Part shown: positions 60,102 to 64,000 of the stretch, in pieces | Layout: each line of letters starts with the position of its first letter | How positions within the stretch are numbered: position 1 is the first letter of the stretch | Assembly (NCBI GenBank): GCA_963778655.1 | Contig: CAVZVA010000005.1 | Location: forward strand, 256,001 to 320,000 | Direction: 5' to 3' | From: an uncultured delta proteobacterium | Lineage (GTDB): Bacteria > Myxococcota_A > Polyangia > Polyangiales > JAFGIB01 | Length of the DNA: 64,000 bases | Made by a program: the position numbers and the translations under genes | The notes under the pieces: generated by a model | The model's input: only the letters and a program-made list of their open reading frames with translations | Databases searched by the model: none | What the model was told of the DNA's origin: nothing

Positions 60102-61892
60102 ATGAGGTGGCGGCGGTGGTTGCGGTGCTGCGGCCTGCTCGCGGCGCTGGCATGGGCGGGCTGCAGCGGCGGCGGGCGCGCGGTGCCGCAGACCCAGCGG
60201 TCCAAGGGCGCCGCGCAGGCTACACGCCCGCCCGCGGCCGGCGACGGGGCCAGCGATTCGGGCACCATCGGCGACGACGACGGCGGCGGCGCGAGAGCCG
60301 GCTTCCCCAGCCGCCCGATCGCGCTGCGCTTCACCGAGGTGGCCGCGGAGGCGGGCCTCGACTACGTGCAGGCGCCGCCCGGAACCATGCTCGGCTGCGA
60401 GGACTCCACGCCGATGAAGTGCCCCTTCACCTCGGTGCACATGAGCGGCGGGGCCGCAGCCGGCGATTTCGATCGCGACGGCCTGGTGGACCTCTACGTG
60501 ACCCGTCTGGATCAGCCGGGGATCCTGTATCGCAACCGCGGCGACGGAACCTTCCAGGACGTGACCAAGAGCATGGGTCTCGATCAGGGCATCGGCGGCA
60601 ACGGCGCCGGCTGGGCCGACATCGACAACGACGGCGACCTCGACCTCTACGTCACCAGCGTGCTCGACAAGCGCTACTACCTGTTCGTGAACGACGGTGA
60701 TCGCTTCGTGGAGCAAGGCTCGGCCCGCGGGGCCGACCTCGCGACGGACTATCGCCATCACGGCTTCGGAGTGTCCTTCGGCGACTACGACCGCGACGGT
60801 TTCGTCGACCTGCACACCACCGAGTGGCTGCAGATCACGCTGGACAGCCCGGTTCCCAGCCACGCGCGCTTGCTGCACAACCGCGGGCGCTCGGCGCCAG
60901 GCTTCTTCGAGGACGCCACCGAGGAGGCCGGCGTCGACCTGCTGCAGGGCGTGCGCGCCACCCGGACCAGCTACAGCTCGGCCTTCGCCGACATGGACGG
61001 CGACGGCTGGCCGGAGCTGTTGGTGGTCGCGGACTTCGTGACCAGCCGAATGTTCTGGAACGATGGCGGCGGGAGCTTCACCGACGGCACGCTGTACTCG
61101 CACGTGGGCACCGACACCAACGGGATGGGCGAGGCGATCGGCGACTACGACGGCGACGGCGACATGGACTGGTTCGTGACCGCGATCTACGACCCGGACT
61201 ACAAGTGCGGCGACACCGACGCCTGCGCCTGGGGCACCAGCGGCAACCGCCTGTATCAGAACCAGGGCGACCGTAGCTTCGTCGACGTCACCGACGCCGC
61301 CGGCGTGCGCGACGGCGGCTGGGGTTGGGGCGCGGCCTTCGTCGACTATGACAACGACGGCGACCTGGACCTGGTGATGACCAACGGGGTCGACTTCCCG
61401 TACCCGGAAGCTGCGCTGTTTCGCAGCGACCCGATGCGGGTGTGGCGCAACGAAGGCGATGGCACGTTCACCGAGGTGTCGGCCTCGCTCGGCATCGATG
61501 ATCGCGGCGACGGCAAGGGCCTGCTCGTATTCGATTACGACGGAGACGGGGACCAGGATCTGTTCGTCGTCCAGCACGAGGGCTCGCCGCGCCTGTACCG
61601 CAACGACGGAGGCAACCGGCGCGCGTGGTTGCGCGTGCGTCTGGTCGGTAGCGTGTCCAACCGCGACGGGATCGGGGCCCGGCTCACGCTCACGCGCCGC
61701 CCGGGTGAGGCGCCCCTGGTGCGTGACCTGATGGGTGGCGGGGGGTTTCTGGGGCAATCGGAGATGGTGGTGCACTTCGGCCTGGGCGACTTCGAGGGGC
61801 CGCTTTCGGAGCTGCGGGTCGACTGGCCCAGCGGCCGCCGCCAGGTGCTCACCGGCGTGATGCCACGGCAGACCCTGGAGCTGCACGAGTAG
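60102..61892 (+). CDS. CRTAC1 family lipoprotein (FG-GAP repeats plus ASPIC/UnbV)
   Basis: Lipobox WAGC; multiple D.D.DG..D repeats; NRDGIGAR, HFGLG, V.WPSG. Confidence 0.9.
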   Translation: MRWRRWLRCCGLLAALAWAGCSGGGRAVPQTQRSKGAAQATRPPAAGDGASDSGTIGDDDGGGARAGFPSRPIALRFTEVAAEAGLDYVQAPPGTMLGCEDSTPMKCPFTSVHMSGGAAAGDFDRDGLVDLYVTRLDQPGILYRNRGDGTFQDVTKSMGLDQGIGGNGAGWADIDNDGDLDLYVTSVLDKRYYLFVNDGDRFVEQGSARGADLATDYRHHGFGVSFGDYDRDGFVDLHTTEWLQITLDSPVPSHARLLHNRGRSAPGFFEDATEEAGVDLLQGVRATRTSYSSAFADMDGDGWPELLVVADFVTSRMFWNDGGGSFTDGTLYSHVGTDTNGMGEAIGDYDGDGDMDWFVTAIYDPDYKCGDTDACAWGTSGNRLYQNQGDRSFVDVTDAAGVRDGGWGWGAAFVDYDNDGDLDLVMTNGVDFPYPEAALFRSDPMRVWRNEGDGTFTEVSASLGIDDRGDGKGLLVFDYDGDGDQDLFVVQHEGSPRLYRNDGGNRRAWLRVRLVGSVSNRDGIGARLTLTRRPGEAPLVRDLMGGGGFLGQSEMVVHFGLGDFEGPLSELRVDWPSGRRQVLTGVMPRQTLELHE

Positions 61893-61973
61893 GTTGGGCA
61901 AATTGCGTTTGTGGCATAAAAATATGCCTTTACTGCTTGACCGGATGGCCGTGGCGATCCCAAGCTGTAGGTA

Positions 61974-63881
61974 GTGTCCAAAGGTTTCGGCGACGTCTTG
62001 CGCCCCATGAGCGGTGATGTGGGTGAGCAGGCAGGCCCGGGTGGGCTGGCCGCGGTGCTGTGCCGCCTGGCGCGCGACGGCTTCACCGGGGTGGTCTACG
62101 CCGAGCGTGACGACGACGCCGGCGCGGTGTTTTCGTTGCTCGCCGGACGCGTGGTGTTCGTGGAAGACCTGGGCGACGAGCAGAGCATTCCAGACATGCT
62201 GCTCGAGCGCGGGTTGCTCGACGAGCGACAGTACGCGGAGATCGCGGCCGACGTGGTGGAATCACTGGCGGAGAACGAGGACGTCGCCTTCTGCCAGCAG
62301 GCCGTCAGCAAGGGCATCCTGAGCCAGGATCAAGTCGACGCGGAGCTCGACCGGCGCGTCCGCGGGCGCATCATCCAGGCGGTCGGCTGGCGCAGCTGCC
62401 GGATCGAGCTCGACCCCGATCCGGACACGCTGCTCGGCATCCCCGAGTACCCGCAGCAGATCGCGCCCCTGGTGCACACCGGCGTACGCACCTTTTACGA
62501 CGAAGAGCGCGTGCGCGCGACGCTGCGACACGACGGCGCGCTGTACGTGCGCCTGACGCGCTCCGCCGACGAGCTGGCCGAGCTACTCTCGCTCGACGAG
62601 GTCGAGGCGGGGCTGCTGCGCTGCCTCAAGCCCGACGCGCCGGTCACGACGGCGTTCGAGGAGTGCGCCGCCGAGCCGCTCGACGCCTGGCAGCTGCTGT
62701 GTACGCTGGTGATCGCGGACCTTGCGGAGACGTCGAGCGCGCCGCTGTCGCCGGCCGAGCGCTCCGGCGTTCGCAGCACGCAGGCAATGACCGGCCGGCA
62801 CGGGCTCGGGGGCGGCGTGCGCGAGGAACGCGCCGGGCCGGGCTCGCAGGCGCGGATGCCCGCGGTGGGGCCGGATGGCAGGGCCGCCGGATCGCAGGGC
62901 CGCATCCCTGCCGCCGTGGCCGAGGGAGCGCTGCAGCACTCGCAGCCGCGCATGCCCGCGGCCGGACCGGTCGAGCGCACCGCGCCGCCTGCAGCGCAGG
63001 CCCCGCCAGCGCGGGCCGCTCGCGTGCGCGGGACCGGCTACAGCAGCGCCACCATCCAGGCGATCCAGGCGGAGCAAATCAAGACCGCCGCCGCGCCTTC
63101 CGCATCAAGCACGGCGCGCGCGCCCAACGCTCGCGGCCAGGCCGCCGAAGCACCCAGGCCCCAGCCCGCGCCCGAGCCGGAGGTGACGGTACGCCGATCG
63201 GCGCGGCCCGGGCGCGAGCGGCGGCGGCCGCGCAAGCTGAGCGTCGCGCTCAAGCGGCTCGACCGCGAGCTCAAGCAGCTGCGGCCACCCAGCAGCGCCG
63301 CGACGCCGGCCGCCCCGCAGCCGACCGAGACCTCGGCGCAGGCGCCCGCGGGCATGAGCGCGGGCAAGGCGCACCTCGAGCAGCTCCGGCGCATGCGCGC
63401 CGCCGCGCTCAGCCAGCGGCGCGCGGCCACCCCCACCGGGGGTGAGCGCAGCGTGGGGGAGACCTTCCGCATGGCGCAGGAGGCGCTGCGCGATCAGCAA
63501 TTTCCCCGCGCGCACGAGCTGATGCGCAAGGTCTGCGAGCACGCGCCCGACGATGAGGTCTACTCCATGTTCTGCATGTGGGCTGGCTTTCGCGCCGGTG
63601 CGCTCGCCGATGACGGCGTCACGAAGCTGCGCAATGCGTTGCGGATGAAGGTCAGCGACGACGAGCACAAGGCATTCGCGTACTACGCGCTCGGCCACGT
63701 CTCGCTGCACGACAAGAAGGACGACGCGGCCGAGAAGTTCTTCCGGCGCGCGGTCGAGCTGGACAAGCACAACAAGGACGCCGAGCGCCACCTGCGCATC
63801 ATCGAGCTGCGCCGCAAGACCGCGGCCGTGAACGAGAAGTCGAACAAGATCTTCGGGATCGAGATCAAGAAGAAGTCGTAG
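61974..63881 (+). CDS. DUF4388-like N-terminal domain, low-complexity linker and C-terminal TPR protein
   Basis: FTG.V......G.V..V; LLERGLL; C-terminal AYYALG...AEKFFRRAVELD..NKDAER; start uncertain. Confidence 0.7.
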   Translation: MSKGFGDVLRPMSGDVGEQAGPGGLAAVLCRLARDGFTGVVYAERDDDAGAVFSLLAGRVVFVEDLGDEQSIPDMLLERGLLDERQYAEIAADVVESLAENEDVAFCQQAVSKGILSQDQVDAELDRRVRGRIIQAVGWRSCRIELDPDPDTLLGIPEYPQQIAPLVHTGVRTFYDEERVRATLRHDGALYVRLTRSADELAELLSLDEVEAGLLRCLKPDAPVTTAFEECAAEPLDAWQLLCTLVIADLAETSSAPLSPAERSGVRSTQAMTGRHGLGGGVREERAGPGSQARMPAVGPDGRAAGSQGRIPAAVAEGALQHSQPRMPAAGPVERTAPPAAQAPPARAARVRGTGYSSATIQAIQAEQIKTAAAPSASSTARAPNARGQAAEAPRPQPAPEPEVTVRRSARPGRERRRPRKLSVALKRLDRELKQLRPPSSAATPAAPQPTETSAQAPAGMSAGKAHLEQLRRMRAAALSQRRAATPTGGERSVGETFRMAQEALRDQQFPRAHELMRKVCEHAPDDEVYSMFCMWAGFRAGALADDGVTKLRNALRMKVSDDEHKAFAYYALGHVSLHDKKDDAAEKFFRRAVELDKHNKDAERHLRIIELRRKTAAVNEKSNKIFGIEIKKKS

Positions 63882-63931
63882 TGAGGCGTTGCGGGCCTCC
63901 CCGTCCGCCTGCAGGTCGCACAGGCAGAATG

Positions 63932-63988
63932 CACAGGAAGACGGGAAGAAGATCGCCCGCTTCCGTCGTCCTGCCTTCCCGTTGAATC
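63932..63988. repeat. Purine/pyrimidine inverted repeat, REP-like, copy 3
   Basis: CACAGGAAGACGGGAAG ... CTGCCTTCCCGTTGAATC; ACAGGAAGACGGGAAG is identical to 4655-4670. Confidence 0.65.
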
Positions 63989-64000
63989 TTACTCGACTGG

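Overview
A 64-kb, very GC-rich, gene-dense bacterial chromosomal segment. A MYXO-CTERM protein, an AgmX/PglI-like protein, many Cys-rich lipoproteins and a Hanks kinase point to Myxococcota, probably Polyangia-like (inference). Main blocks: (1) 1-17.3 kb, mixed housekeeping and signalling genes (HIT, NUDIX, response regulator, CBS, hemerythrin, Amt, MDR oxidoreductase, two diguanylate cyclases, two OmpA/lipoprotein pairs, DAHP synthase, alpha2-type GlyRS). (2) 17.4-35.5 kb, an 18-kb minus-strand Tad/Flp pilus locus with two Flp pilins (one missed by the ORF track), three pseudopilins, CpaA, CpaB, a secretin, TadB/C, two TadA ATPases (one FHA-fused), a Ser/Thr kinase and Thr-motif-rich membrane proteins. 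(3) 35.5-49 kb, a decayed alpha-hydroxy-acid oxidase remnant, a DUF4105/Lnb-like protein, tyrS, frameshifted hisS, a MshEN-CheX fusion, LpoB/COG3014, a dipeptidase, two c-type cytochromes and metF. (4) 49.3-60.1 kb, a nine-gene lipid operon (degenerate HAD, fatty acyl-CoA reductase, SDR, pyruvyltransferase-family protein, two acyl-CoA ligases, enoyl-CoA hydratase, lipid kinase, TetR). It is preceded by a perfect 24-bp palindrome inside a sigma70-like promoter and is the best candidate for an undescribed system. (5) A CRTAC1/ASPIC-UnbV protein and a TPR protein. Intergenic spaces carry several MITE-like and REP-like inverted repeats. I saw no rRNA, tRNA, CRISPR array or transposase. All family calls come from motif recognition by eye; no database searches were run.
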